DNA from: Leidyana gryllorum EB-2025a
Lineage: Eukaryota; Protista; Apicomplexa
DNA length: 64,000 nt
Direction: 5' to 3'
Assembly (NCBI GenBank): GCA_048772705.1
Contig: JBLWGC010000104.1
Location: forward strand, 930,001-994,000
The translations under genes were made by a program, and so were the position numbers. Position 1 is the first letter of the stretch; each line of letters starts with the position of its first letter. Under the pieces are notes generated by a model. That model was given only the letters and a program-made list of their open reading frames with translations, made no database searches and had not been told where the DNA came from. Positions 36,232-49,300 of the stretch are shown here, piece after piece.

Positions 36232-36252
36232 ATCCTTCAGCACACGTGTGTG

Positions 36253-39200
36253 TCAATTATCGTTCAGGTTGCGAGGGTGATTGCGCGGTGTGCGGTAAGA
36301 GAGCTGTCTGCGAGCCTCTGTGACGGGGGAGATAGGCATGAACTCTTCGTCGTATGAGCATTCGTCTTCGTGGTCGTGTGGCAATTCGGGGATGATACTC
36401 AGGCTCGCTGTGGGGGAATGAGCAGTATCGAGGTTCAAAGGAGACAGGCCCGGAACTCTGAGATCCGTTTGATGTCGCGGCATGCTCTCGAATCGTCTTG
36501 CCCGGCCCGACTGGTCGCGTATGTCACTTTGTCGTGGGGAGTTTGCTAAACTTTCTCCGCGGCTAGCCAGATCATGGGCGTCTTCCTCTTCTGTGGGCTC
36601 CAAGCGAGACTGGGGAAGAAGACCAGCCAGACTGGCCCTTCCGCTCGGGTTCACTTCAGACTTCATGGGTTCTGTTGGCAGCAGACTCGACCTCCGAGTG
36701 GGATTGTCGAAGGCGAGTGGCACAGCATGGTCGTCACTGGCGGTGAAGGCGAAGCCTCTGAGAAGTGACATGAATGATGAAGACCGAAGAGTGTAAGACG
36801 TACCCTCGCAATTTTTCAAAGATGGGAGTGATGTGTAGAAGCTCGAGTACCACTGTACTTATTCCCTGAGGAGGTCCAGCGCGACGCTCAACTTGACGCT
36901 CATGCATCTCCAATGCAAAGTCCACCTCATCTGCGACTTCGTCGACGCCAACATCGTCTTGACCTCTGACTTCGTCTGCCAGATCACCATCGGCGGAGTC
37001 TCCTGCCATACTCCCGACGACATCTGAGAGTGTGGTCTGGCGGCGTCTACGGCCGAATCTGGCTTCCATGTTCCCGTCTCCACTTCCTCGAGCTTCGAGA
37101 CCCATAGCTTTGAGTAGTTGCGGTCCTCCTTGTCGTATGGCTTCCAGCATCAAAGCCTTCTTTGCTCGAAGTTCTTCTTGTTCGAACCGCATCTGGTTAG
37201 CGAGAGATATTGTGCTTCGTAGAGTGTTTCGACTTACCAGGAATTGCATGAGGTGGTGTAACTCCGGTTTGAAGGTACGGCTGAAGACTTGAACAATGAT
37301 GTCGAAAGACAGCGCGATCCCGGGGACGATGATGCAAAGGACCCATATTATCGGTTGTCCAGCCATTCGACTTATGACACCTGTTGGGAGAGAATTGGGC
37401 GGGGACCATATCCATTCCAGTAGTTACCGGTTGTTTCGGGGAACATTTGGGGCCACATGGATTGGGCATAGAGAAAGAAGAAGTGAAAGCCGAAGCTCGC
37501 GACGAAGGTTGCCAAAGTGAGCCAATTGGGACACATGGTCTCGAGAACGATCTTGAGATTGACAACGATCATAATCTGGAGGAATATAACATTTGACACG
37601 AGCCAAAAGTCATTGGGCAACCGATCAGTGATGCTCGTGATACTGTGACCGGTGAGAGACATATACGGAATCCAGAAGACGCATGTGCTGTGCCAAATGG
37701 CGAAGAGCAACCACTCTATAAATACACTGGGTTGAAAGTGGAGATTCTGGATCGAGGTTCGATACATTTGGGGAAACTTGAGACTCAAATCACGGTCGAC
37801 ATCTTGATCCCACGCGCCAAAGGCGATCACTGGCAGCTGCAATCCGGAATGTGAAGTGACAATACACTCTTTGGTGCTCACTTGAGTGAGGAAGACATTA
37901 TATGTCTGAGCAAAAACTTCGGTAAAGACCTTTTGGCCACTGAACAAACCCAAGAGCGCCAAGCTGATCACGGGGATGACAAAGACAAAGTTCTTGTAAA
38001 ACGTATGTAAAACCATCTTGGTGATCCGCCGGTAATTCCATCGTCCGTGAACCAGTAATAGAGGACGAAGGAATCGGAATTCGGCCAACCCGTAGTCAGA
38101 CGAGCTGAACGCTTGGAGTCCTTCTTTGCCTCGGATCCCCACACCGACGTTAGCCGATTGTATCATATTACAGTCGTTAGCCCCATCGCCGATTGCGAGG
38201 GTGACTGCTTTGGGCTCAAAGCTGTGGACAAGTCGCACGACGTCGCCCTTCTCTTGAGGAGCGACCCTAAAGAATATAACAGATCTACAGTTCTTGCACA
38301 AGCGAAATGTGAGATCTCGCAAATCGTGATCTCCCAGCAGTGTGCCAAGTAGCGTGCCGTCCACCAGAGCGACAAACACTGGGGCGGCGTCACCGCCCGG
38401 CCGCCCTGAAGTCAAGGGAGCAGCTTCCTCTGCAACCGCACGGCTTGGCGGCGACCGCGAACCAATAAAGGATCTGAAGGACTCCAAAGTTGCGCCACTC
38501 GGAATTCGCTCCACCACAAGGGGAACCGGTGCGTTGGGATTGTTGCGACGAGTAGTCTGGCTATTGTTAGTGGCTTCGCCTTGTGTGCGCTCGATAAACT
38601 TCACAACACCACCCAATATCTCCTGCAGTACCATCTCATCGCTGGACTGCGCAGATTCCATCTTTCTCTTGTTGACTCGATCCGCGGTGAAGAAGAGTGG
38701 AGTAGAGTCAGGAGGTATCAGCGAAGTCGCGTGTCCTATATTGTATGCCGTCTCGAATCGATCTCCGGTCAGCATCCAGATTTTGATTCCCGCTCTCATG
38801 AGATCCCTAATAGTCTCAGGAACGCCGTGTGCCAAACGATCCTCGATTCCCGACACTCCAGAGAAGGTGAGCTCTGTTTCTACCACCTCGGCGGTCCTAT
38901 AAGCCACATCCATTGGCCACCGCCCATCCACACTCACCTGATCAAAGCAGCTTGGCGATCTTCAATTTGCAAAGAGGCTGCGCTATAAGCCTCAAACCAA
39001 CTTGTCAACTGAGGTTGGGTCAGCTCCTTGTGGGCAACGCAAAGGGTTCGCAGACAGTCTTCGGCGAATTGGTTCATATGAGCAGTACCCTGTCGCAGTT
39101 CCGACAGCCCACCCCCTTCCACTGGTTGTTCAACACATCGCGGCAGCAACACCGAATCAGCGCCTTTAACAAAGACGATATATTGTCCATCGGGGTGAGT

Positions 39201-41995
39201 TGCAGTCGGGCCGTAAACCAGTTCGCATAAGGGCGAAGGTAGACGGACTATCGCAGTGGACCTCTTGCGTTCACTGCTGAACTCAAAGTATGCGAGCACG
39301 TCCACGACATAATCCTGTCCCAGCACCCGAAGCTGCACGTTTGGGCCATCTCGACCGATGAAGGCGACGTCAAAGTGCCGCGCACCATATACCTATGGGT
39401 TCGCAATATCTCAGCTTCCACCCACAGCACCTTTCTTCTTACCAAAGCCTCTTCGTCAGGCGAACTCGCAATGTAAACGATGTTGGACAGATCATCAGAC
39501 GCTTCTTGAACACCAGCTGACGCATCGATGAGAATACTGTGATTGATCGCCAAGTTGAGCATAAATAGTAACGTCTTTCGGCGGATGTCTGGGCCGTGCT
39601 CACCCGCGAGAGCAGCTCGCAGGTCTGGAGAGACACAGCGTACATGTGGAGTCTTTCGTCCTCCCCTTTCTGCACCCCAATTACTTCAAGGTAAGAACAC
39701 CTCTCGAGAGGTGCGGCTCACCTGGAAGAGGTTCTGGGGGCAATTTCTCGCCACGCTGTATCATCAGTTTGCGTCGCATCTCGGTCAGTCCCTCTCCGTA
39801 TATATTCCCGGCAATAGCACATTGACGAAACTGCATTACGTTGGCAGTGAGTGTTCCCGTTTTGTCGGTCAATATATATGAGACTTGACCAAGTTCTTCG
39901 TTCAGATCGGAGGTTCGCACCGCGGCGAACGTTTTGGTCTTCCTATCGTACATGAAACGATCAACGCTCATATGCCATCCTTGTACACTCTTCACCAGAC
40001 CCAGACTAACCACCAATGAGATCGGAACCACATTGGTGAACAGAATGACCCAAGTAAAGAAACTGACCACTCCGAAGGATCCCTTGGACTCAGGCCTACC
40101 CCCCTCGGGGCTTCCGGGGCCCCCAGAGATGGAGAAGAAGGGTTTGACTTTCTCGAGATCCATGTACTGCGGGTTCCAGAATGTCGATTGGGATGAAGGG
40201 GGGGGGGGGCGTCTCTCGCTTCTCACCTTTTTGTTGATCTGTTCCTGGTTAGTGTAGACCGCTGTGGTACAGATCCCGCACACAGCACATACCAACAGCT
40301 GTTCAGAGTGGAGAGTTGGAGGTGGCCATCGGCGACCCATACTTACCATTGCGAGGAATATGTAGAGCACAAGTCGGTGTGTAGTTCTCTCCACCTTGGA
40401 GGTCTTGCGACGAGTTTCTGCAGCATTCTGATCAGATTGTGAGCGTAACAGCCCGCGCAGTCAGTCATCTTACCAGTCGGATCTTCGTCTCACGTCCCGT
40501 GTAGACGACAACGCCAACTGCCCAAGATGTATGGTGTATCCGACAGCCTCGTAGCAGCAACTTTGGAAGAGGGTGAGGAGGAGGAGAGGCAGATCGAGAC
40601 TCACTTGGTTTGGGGTGAGAGGCCGTATAATTGACTCGCCAGTGTCACCTTCCGCTCGAATTGAAGACCAAACTCGATCATGGAGAAACCCCTTCTTCAA
40701 AGTGATGGTCCCGTTGAAGGACCTCAAATCGGAGTTGGGCGGCTCGCACTCGATCGTGACGTCCAATGCCGCAGCTGCTAGCAGAGACTGCTCATTGACA
40801 TTGTCCGAGGAAGACAAGACGGCCACTGCCCTTTGGATTTCTGTGTGGTGGGAGTGTCACGGGAGGGCATTGTTCGAAGAGGCCAAACTCACCACGCAGG
40901 CTTTGTTTTACCTTCAGGTTGGTCTCTCCATCGAGACTCGATGTTTCAACAAACACTGTTCCCGACAGATCAGACGAGGCCAAGAGAACACTGTCCGCCG
41001 GCACAGTTTGGGCACCGAAAATGACTATGACATCGCCAACGTGCAGATCTTTCCAAGGAGTTCGACATAACTCTTCCTTCAAACGTGCAACCTCTGCCCA
41101 CCGAATGAACCATTAGTACTCGGCGGTGTCTCTTCACCTACCCGGTGGCGCCGTTAGCAGCTTATCTTCATTTGCAGAGTCCTGACTGGAGTCGATACTC
41201 TCGTCGTCATCTTGACGGTCTCGCAGTGGGGAGCCATGCTCAGGATGTTCCACTGCTGTGCTTTCCAAGAGATGCCGCTCCTCCCGCATAAAGTTCATCG
41301 CAGTTGTCAAGCCCGGATCTTCTTTGCGCATTTCCTTTGCCGAGCGCAAGTTTAATCGAACGAGTCTGAACGGAACAGAATGATGAAAGGGCACTCGGTT
41401 CGGGGAATACGAACGACGACTCACTGTCCACGCCCGATATCGAGCAAACTTGGGACATATCCATGTCGATTAGCCGTGATGCGTTCTGCGTATCTGGTCT
41501 GCAGGATGGTGGCGTCTTGATAGTTCTCGGCCCGGTCGGCCTGATGCCGTTTGGTGTCTTCGAGCGCGTCCTTGATGGCGTTGACCACAACGACAAAGGA
41601 TAGCGGCAGTCCGATGGTCGGAACTCCACCGGTAACGGATATCTACGGGAGTCGCGTCAAGGAATCGGAGCGGCTCTGGGGGTCACGTGGCAAGAGCCGA
41701 GGCGTTAGACGACATATATACAACGGGTGAGAGCCGAAGCCAGCCAACAACATACCGGTGGAAAGCTCTGCAGGACCATTATGAAGAGGAAATAGGCATT
41801 GCTGAGCTTGCGGAATTGCTCAATGAGATTCTTGGGTATGAAGTTGACTACATTGTAATGTGAGGTGCATATGGAATTATCGCAGTGTGAGGCAGTCGGA
41901 GTGCCTCCAAACCCCAGGTCGTCCCGCTGTTGTATGCGAATATGTCTGTTTTCACCGCCTCCCGTTGACCTTTTACGACTGAGTTTGGCACCCAT
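36253..41995 (-). CDS. P4-type ATPase (phospholipid flippase)
   Basis: NFIPKNLIEQFRKLSNAYF, ETSSLDGETNLK, VPISLVV, DKTGTLT, SPDEEALV, KGADS, LTGD, GDGAND and LLVHGRWNY. Confidence 0.96.
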
Positions 41996-42091
41996 CAAAA
42001 AGTGTGTGACATGTATATTGGACCTCTTAATGTGCGTTTGTACACGCCAACGTGCAGTTCAATTTGACCAAGTTCGAAGTTGACAATCATC

Positions 42092-42457
42092 ATGGGATTA
42101 CTCGGCGGAATTAAAAGCCTCATTCCTCACGCAGTCCGGGCCGCTGGTGGTCAGGTAACTCGCCGCCCGCCTCCCCCCAAGGGACCACGTGGGCCAAAAG
42201 ACGTTCCTGACCTGATGGTCCTCAAGGAGGTGAAACCACACGCTGTGGACCTCTTCATGAGTGGACCAGCGGTCTCTATCAAGATAACGCAGCACGCCGA
42301 TCCTGACAACGCACAGGTTTTTGTTTACGCGCCTAACCAGGACAGAAGAGGGAGCGCCCCCGCACCATCACCAGAAGCGGCCAACGACGGAGTCTCCGCC
42401 TCACCGGCGCCCTTAGAGGAACACAGCGCAATTGAACCAAGCGAAGCAGACGCCTGA
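42092..42457 (+). CDS. Small orphan protein (121 aa, starts MG)
   Basis: ORF MGLLGGIKSLIP, divergent from the P4-ATPase. Pro/Ala-rich; no recognised domain. Confidence 0.55.
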   Translation: MGLLGGIKSLIPHAVRAAGGQVTRRPPPPKGPRGPKDVPDLMVLKEVKPHAVDLFMSGPAVSIKITQHADPDNAQVFVYAPNQDRRGSAPAPSPEAANDGVSASPAPLEEHSAIEPSEADA

Positions 42458-42760
42458 TCATCAGGTAGTGAACCCGGGATCCATGACGAGAATACCCCCC
42501 CCCTCCTTTCCCAGATCTGATTTAGTTAGACTAAGGAAATCTTTGCAGTTCAATGTTCCAATGCATTACATTCAACCCACAATCGAGTGTTCTAAATGGT
42601 AGTTGAAAGCGGTCGCCTGATTTAAGAACAATTAAGAGCCCCCGCACTTGACCCGATCTAAATCCAACACTTTTTACCAAATCCCTCCTCAGTTGTGTGA
42701 GAGGGACACCGTTATGGTGCCCACTCTTCGGGCAGTACAAAATTAACATAGTATCCTAAG

Positions 42761-43708
42761 ATGGGGGGTGTAGCCACCAAAGTTGCCTCTGTTGCCACGA
42801 AAGTGATCCCCTGGGTTGCAAAGGAGGGCTTCAAGCTTTTGACCGGCTTGTGTGCCAATCGCTTGAATTCAAGCATGACGCGAGAAGCAGAGGAAGCAGC
42901 ACGGCGAGCCAAAGAAGCTGCGGCAGAAGTACTGAACAAAGCCCGAGCCGCATCCCAGAAAATCATGCGAGATGCCCAGGATATGTTGCGTGGTACTGTG
43001 GGGATGTCAGAGGTCGGGGTCAAGAATACACTCGTAGCTGCTCAAAAAGAGGCGGATTATTTGGTCGATGACGCCTACCGGAAAGCTCGAGCCGTACTTC
43101 GCGAACACAACATTGAGACGGATGATATGAAGGCATCAACCCAGGTTGTCGCCCTGCAGGAGCGTATGAGAGAAGGCTTATGCTGCGTGGACGGCGACGT
43201 GGTACACCAAGCACAATTAAGTGCGGAGGAAGTTCTTGCGCATGGACGACGGGAAGGAACTCTCGCCGCTAAGAGAATAAGAGAGGTCGCTCATCGTGCT
43301 GCAGACGATGTAATGAAGAAAGCGAGAGAGCTTGCGGCCAACTCCAACTATCATGGCGCCGAGATTATTGCAGAAGCGAGAACTGTCGCCTCCGATTTGA
43401 TCGATGAAGCCAACCAAACCGCGGAACGGATGAACAATCAAGTCACAGACATAGTCGAGGAGATGCGATCGTCGGTCGGAGATTCCATGTTGAGAGTCAC
43501 GACGCAAATCACAAACTTGGCGTGCCAAAATGTGGATATAGTGGACACTTGCCAAGGGTGGTTTCATCAGTTCCTGTCAAGATGGACGCCCAAGGAGCTC
43601 CTGCAGGGTGCTCTTGTGAGATTCTGCCAGGGCCTTATGGACCGCAATATTTCAGCAAATCCCTACGCGGCGCCGAAAGACCCCAAGTGGAAGTCCCAGC
43701 GGGCCTGA
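42761..43708 (+). CDS. Orphan coiled-coil protein, island family member A
   Basis: 315-aa intronless ORF starting MGGVATK. Ala/Glu/Arg helical repeats; shares motifs with 44954-46249 and 50816-51460. Confidence 0.8.
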   Translation: MGGVATKVASVATKVIPWVAKEGFKLLTGLCANRLNSSMTREAEEAARRAKEAAAEVLNKARAASQKIMRDAQDMLRGTVGMSEVGVKNTLVAAQKEADYLVDDAYRKARAVLREHNIETDDMKASTQVVALQERMREGLCCVDGDVVHQAQLSAEEVLAHGRREGTLAAKRIREVAHRAADDVMKKARELAANSNYHGAEIIAEARTVASDLIDEANQTAERMNNQVTDIVEEMRSSVGDSMLRVTTQITNLACQNVDIVDTCQGWFHQFLSRWTPKELLQGALVRFCQGLMDRNISANPYAAPKDPKWKSQRA

Positions 43709-44953
43709 AGACCATAGCGGAGAAGGGGTACCGAAAACAAGACTTCCGCATCGCGGGAAAAGAAAACAAACCACTGTCGCCTCCCAATGCAACACCACCC
43801 TCATCGCCGGAAACTTGAGGGAACCCAGAACGAGCAGCCGCTCAACTCGGCTGGGACTTACACTACTCTGGCAATTCCACAAAGTGTCAATGCCCCGATC
43901 ATTTACATCAGAACTGCTGATACCTCCGAATTAACACTTGTCATGAATCATCCTTCGGTCATTTTCTCAAATTAGACGAATTTCTCAACTTTGTGTCGAT
44001 CACATTGATCACATTGACTTTCTCCCGCTTGTTACCAAACAATAAAATGCATTGCAACCTGAGCCGGAATCTCCCGATCAGTCCTTTAGTCAGCGAGGGA
44101 GGGGCTGGGTGGATCTGGTGAGGTGGGTGACTGGAAGCGACAAGAAAACCTGGGACTGGGCTGAGCTCTGCCACCCCGCAATTGGGAGCTCCTCCTCCTG
44201 TCGCTGGGACAAAAAGAATGGGTGCACATCCATTCACTCGCTTTTTCGTTGTGGGCGACATGCAGAATATATATAGATCGATACTCTTTGTTTTGACTAA
44301 GCAGTCCAACACTGTTGCCACTCAGCCGGACGCTTACTGACCTGCTGACTCAGTCAATGATCGCTGTCTTTGTCGTTCAATCGACGATTCCCCACTCGAC
44401 ATTAAAGACGAAACACCCCGAGGGCAAGATGGGTAACTTTGATGATAAGGGGAGTCAGGCAGCGGCGGCCGGAGGTTGCCAGAAGGCTTGAAGGCCAGAA
44501 GCCTCCGAGTCGTTGGGTCTGAGTCTTGTGAGTGGTCGAAGAGATCGGTTTGTCGTCTCTTCCTGCGCCTTCGCGGTTACATATCACACTGTTCAGGCAA
44601 TGGATGGTCCCGGCTTAGAGTCGCATAAACTTGTCTCGATTTGGAAAATGCCATTGATCAGGCATCCACATTTCTTGCCCCCATTGATTGAGTCATTGAC
44701 ACCAAAAGATTGCGTATTTAAAAGGTGAGATATGTTTACGAAGTTAAAGTCCATTCTCCCATTCAAAGCAGAGTCGAAGTCTGACTGCGGCAACATAATT
44801 CTCCCATTTGACTCATTATTGCGTATCTCATCATATCGTGACCAATTTTATAGCCGCGTTGCGCAAAGCGAGTGATAACCAAAAACTCCATCTCATAAAG
44901 TTCGACGGTCGTCAATTGGAAGAGTTATCAGCTTTAGGGACGCTGCAATGTGT

Positions 44954-46249
44954 CTACGCCATAATCTCAGTTGTCCTGGCCTTCCATTCCCAGTCCTTTG
45001 AGATAGAATGAGGCTTCACAAAGTCATCATACTCGTACTCAAGAGACATCAGCATCTGACGCGCTTGCAGGTTTGCTGTGACCACCTGAACGACGCTGGG
45101 GCCTAACTTCTCGTTCATCTCGCTCAACAAGCGCGAGTAAGCGCAACAACGGATGAGATTGAGAGTCCATCCACAAGTGAGAATTTGATACCAGTCGGCA
45201 CAGTTCTTCACGGGGCCCAGCGTTTGTTGATCGGGGTTCTCGATACTGACAAGGAGTGTCGCAAGGGCATTCTGGCTTTGATCCTTCATTGTTTGCTTTG
45301 CCACCTTCTGGAGGTTCCCTATAATTTCTTTCCCCTTAGTGATGATCAATTCGGCGTCTTCTTGAGCTCTCTCGAACAGATCGAGAGCAATTGCTTTGGC
45401 ATCAGCCACCACTTTCCGCGCGGCAGCAACGGCCTTCGGACCCAGGGCTTTCGCTTGCTCGCAAACTTCATTCGCTGTCTTCACAATTTCCTTTCCGACT
45501 TTTCGAGCGAGTTCCTTCATGGCTTTGCCTCTCTCACGCGCCGCCATTATCCCGTTGCTCATCACCTCCGTCAGAGATAATGTGCTTTTGTGCACTACAT
45601 GGGTGTCAGCTGCTTGGATCATATCTGTGTCACATGCGACAATCTTCTGATGGGGCTCGTCGTAGTCTGCGGGATCTTTGATGAAGTAGAGTCCATCTGG
45701 GCACTTCTCTGCAATCGTTAGGTGGTCCTGATACCTGGGTTCATGAGTTGATGGGCCTTCTTCCGTATTGCCTCCGTCAAAGCTGAAATGCAAGTGTTAT
45801 CGCCCCCTCGCTACAACTGCATACCTGATCACCTGAGGAGGAGAATTTTCAGCACCACTTGGAACACTGGGAGTACTGGCGACTTTTGAGGGACCGGAAG
45901 TATCAGGGCGATCCGGCGCATCCTTTGGGGGGGCACAGTCTTTGCCACCGTCGTTGCCACCGTCTTTGGCAGCGTCTTTGCCAGCGTCGTTGCCACCGTC
46001 TTTGGCAGCGTCTTTGCCAGCGTCTTTAGTAAGGTGGAAATACGTACCACCAGCGGCAGCCCCAGCGACGGCACCAGCGACAGCCCCACCAGCAGCCCCA
46101 GCCAGGCCTCCAGCAGCCAAGCCAGTTTGGAGTGCTCCAGCCACACAGGCCCCAGCCACCCCGCCGACACCGCTGGCGAGCAGCACCCCCACCGTAACCC
46201 CCGTAATGATCGGATGCTTCTTAGCCAAAGAACTCACTTGGTTCCCCAT
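44954..46249 (-). CDS. Orphan glycine-zipper + coiled-coil protein, island family member B (intron 45783-45824)
   Basis: MGNQVSS start (N-myristoylation-like), long GxxxG/AxxxG hydrophobic segment, and a duplicated 12-aa unit in the KDAGKDAAKDGGND stretch. An in-frame 42-nt intron joins the two ORFs. Confidence 0.8.
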
Positions 46250-46318
46250 TGTCTCCACAGATCTGAATGTCAATTAATTTAGGTGTCCAACGTTCAGAAG
46301 ATCTTTTTTGTTCTGCAT

Positions 46319-49300
46319 ATGGATCAGCGTCTCGAATGGCTGAACAGATGGACAGCGCATGGCCCTCGCGATCCGGCCTCAGAGAGAGCGAGATCTGTAC
46401 TGAAGGACCACACAGTGGAGTGGCTGCCTGCTGAAGGTGGCCTCAAGCATACTTACACTCTCTGTTTGACCTCTCAAGCTGCTATAAATCTGGATGTCTT
46501 GGGGCATTTATCCCGTCTGATTGCGTCAAATCCGCGTGAGTGGAAGGTCTCATCTCTCGTTGTCCGATGTGAAAGTGTTGTATGGGAGAAACCGGTGCTA
46601 CTTGAGTTACCGGTTCGTATCTCTTTGAGCCCAAGCCGCGACAAAACCTCCTCGTTTCTCAACTCATTCGATGAGCTCGTTTTCGGCAAACCCACTGACC
46701 GAAGTCATCACAGCAAAATTACCCTTTGCGCACGGAGTAAAACATCAACACCTCTCCGTGAAGTCGTTGCCTTGAGTGCGTTAGTGCGGACGACTTGCGA
46801 GATCGATATCACCACTGGAACTGTGTACGGTTTCGAGTCGTGTAACTTCCGGTGCCCAGTTTCCATCACCGCCGCCGAAGGTCCCTTCGAAGCTGATTCC
46901 TCACCGTGCACCTGGAGATTCAAACCGAAGGGCGACTTTCAGGACTTGTCCATTGAGGGGTACCACTGGCCCGATTCGATTGTGGCCTTGACGAAGATTG
47001 CCACTCACCTGCAACTTCTGGATGAGTGCAGAGACATCGCTCACATCTCTCTTCGGGCTGCTGGTTTTGATCTATCGCTTGAGGGTGACGCTGAACCTTT
47101 CCGAATAACTAAACCCCTCACGATCACTTCCACACAACAAAAAGGCGTCGTCTTCTGTAGTCCGATCGAACTCGGAGCCAGATTTGTCTGTGAAGCACTC
47201 GTGGGCCCCATTGCTCTCATGGCCCCCTGTCGAGGCACTGATATCCTGCTACGGGCCCAGAAGAATTCTGTCACCAATCACAGTCAGTTGACTGTGTCCA
47301 AACTCACCGTTGTGGCGAAAAAATTCGAGAATATCTCTATTCAGGAAAAGGATGGCTGTACACCGGAGACTTCAGCTCGAGCCCAAGTCATTGCCAGCGG
47401 GGGGGATCCCACCCACGGCAATGATCAAAGCTGTGCGTACTTCATGGTGGGGTCGTTCCAAAATCGACGGGCGACAGTACACGCCGACAATGTGATCTGC
47501 ATACAACTGGTCGATCAGCCGCCAGACAACAAGGATCTGAGTCCCAAAGCCCCCAAGACGCCTCGCGCACGGGAATATCCCATCCTCAATACCGGCCATT
47601 TGTATGCAAATGGAAAGATTTGTATCATCGGATCGGAGTTTCATATGCGCTTCGACACCATTCAGACGGATCTCAGCCAGATGGACCTCTCGGAGTGGGA
47701 CGGCGACTGGCTGCCTGTGGACGAGATTGGCCCACCTGAATTATTCACTGGTGCTCTACGACGGAAAATGGAAGAGACTCGCATTTCCTTCCCAGACTCC
47801 CAAATCAACCCACAGCGCAAGCATTGGTGGTCCGAAGTGGTGTACTGTTTGCCTCCAGATGAGACAGCGCTGAAGTGGGCGTCCATTAGAGGATATCCAG
47901 TATTGGAGATAAATTTCGAATGTGTCAATGAAGACATCACTAGCGACACCTTCGTCAAGTTCTGTCCTGGGCATCAGGTCGCGACTGAGGAATGGAAAAC
48001 TGTCTGCAGGATGATCTCCGACGATCAGCAACGGTTCGCGAAAGGCCCTTTACTCAAAACGCGGGCCGGAAAGCTGTTCTGGGCTCCCAATGACTTGGTC
48101 GATATTCACGAGTGTACGCCTTGTCGCAAATGTGCGTTTCTCTGGCCGAGGGCAGAACAGCTCGCTTACCAGGACAGTTTTGTACGGTACTCAAAATATA
48201 ATTCCTATGAGTACAGCTATGAAGTTCCGGACATCCGTAACATGACTGGGTGGGAGATGCACCAGCTGACCGCCGCCGGACTCAACTCCTCTGAAGTTCC
48301 GATGCTCATCGCCCTCGAATCCCTCACTTTGAATGTCTCTGAGTCGCAGATCACAGCTGGAATTGTCTACTCCGGTTCTCGTATCTCGGGCGACTATCAT
48401 AAGCTGAAGGCATGGGGTACACGGAACACTCAAAAGTATCTCCTGAGACTGCCCGTCCGCGAGGTGGAGGCCGAAGTGCAGCATAATGGGTGTTGCCATC
48501 GAGATCCAATCTCCGTTGTCCGTGGGAAGGCTATAAGCACCGCAGCAGACATTGTGGGGCGAACATTGATCACCTCCACCCCGAGGGATGCGGAAGCCGT
48601 TCTCGACGGATTCCATCACGCGATGGCTCTCAAACGCTATGTGGACGACTCTGTGATGGATCCTACGGTTCCCCATTTGGAGCTGCTTTTGGGAAATTGG
48701 TTTCAGCGCAAACCCCGGCTCGAAGGGCGACTGACAATAGTCGACCGCTTTCTCGTATATCACCGGCTGTATCGCAAGTTGGCTGCATCGAAAGGTAATG
48801 AAGACTTATTGAGAGTGAGAGAAGTTGACGACGTTCACACTCTCCGGCGGTCGTTCACTGAGATTGAGCTCTTCATCATTGGCCATTATGTGCCCACAGT
48901 TTTCGAGTCGGTGGATGATATCCTCGACGACTGCGATGGTACCTTGAGAAGGCTCGCAGACACTGACCGGAAGCTAACCGAAGAGGGGGAGGAGGAGCTG
49001 CGCGATCAATTGAGAGACTTAAGTTCGGTACAGCGCTTGGCGATCCTATCCACCTTCGTGCGCTGCTTCTTACCCTACATCAAGGACGGAAGCACGTTAT
49101 GCTTCGCTGGGTTGAAGAGATTGACATTGATGATACAATCCTTGCCCAGTGCAGACGCTGAGGAGGAGTTGCCGTGGTGGGTGATGAGATGTCTCAGTGC
49201 AGCCACAATTCGAGAATGCGACCCCCCGCAAGTGATTATTGCCACCTGGAAACGTAACACTCTGGCACAAGTGTTGAATGAGAGATACTCATACTATTAT

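Noticed and set aside
43709-44953. Small ORFs between family members A and B, and at 49640-50780
   Set aside because: Short, no recognisable motifs and no similarity to the family; treated as non-coding or unresolved.
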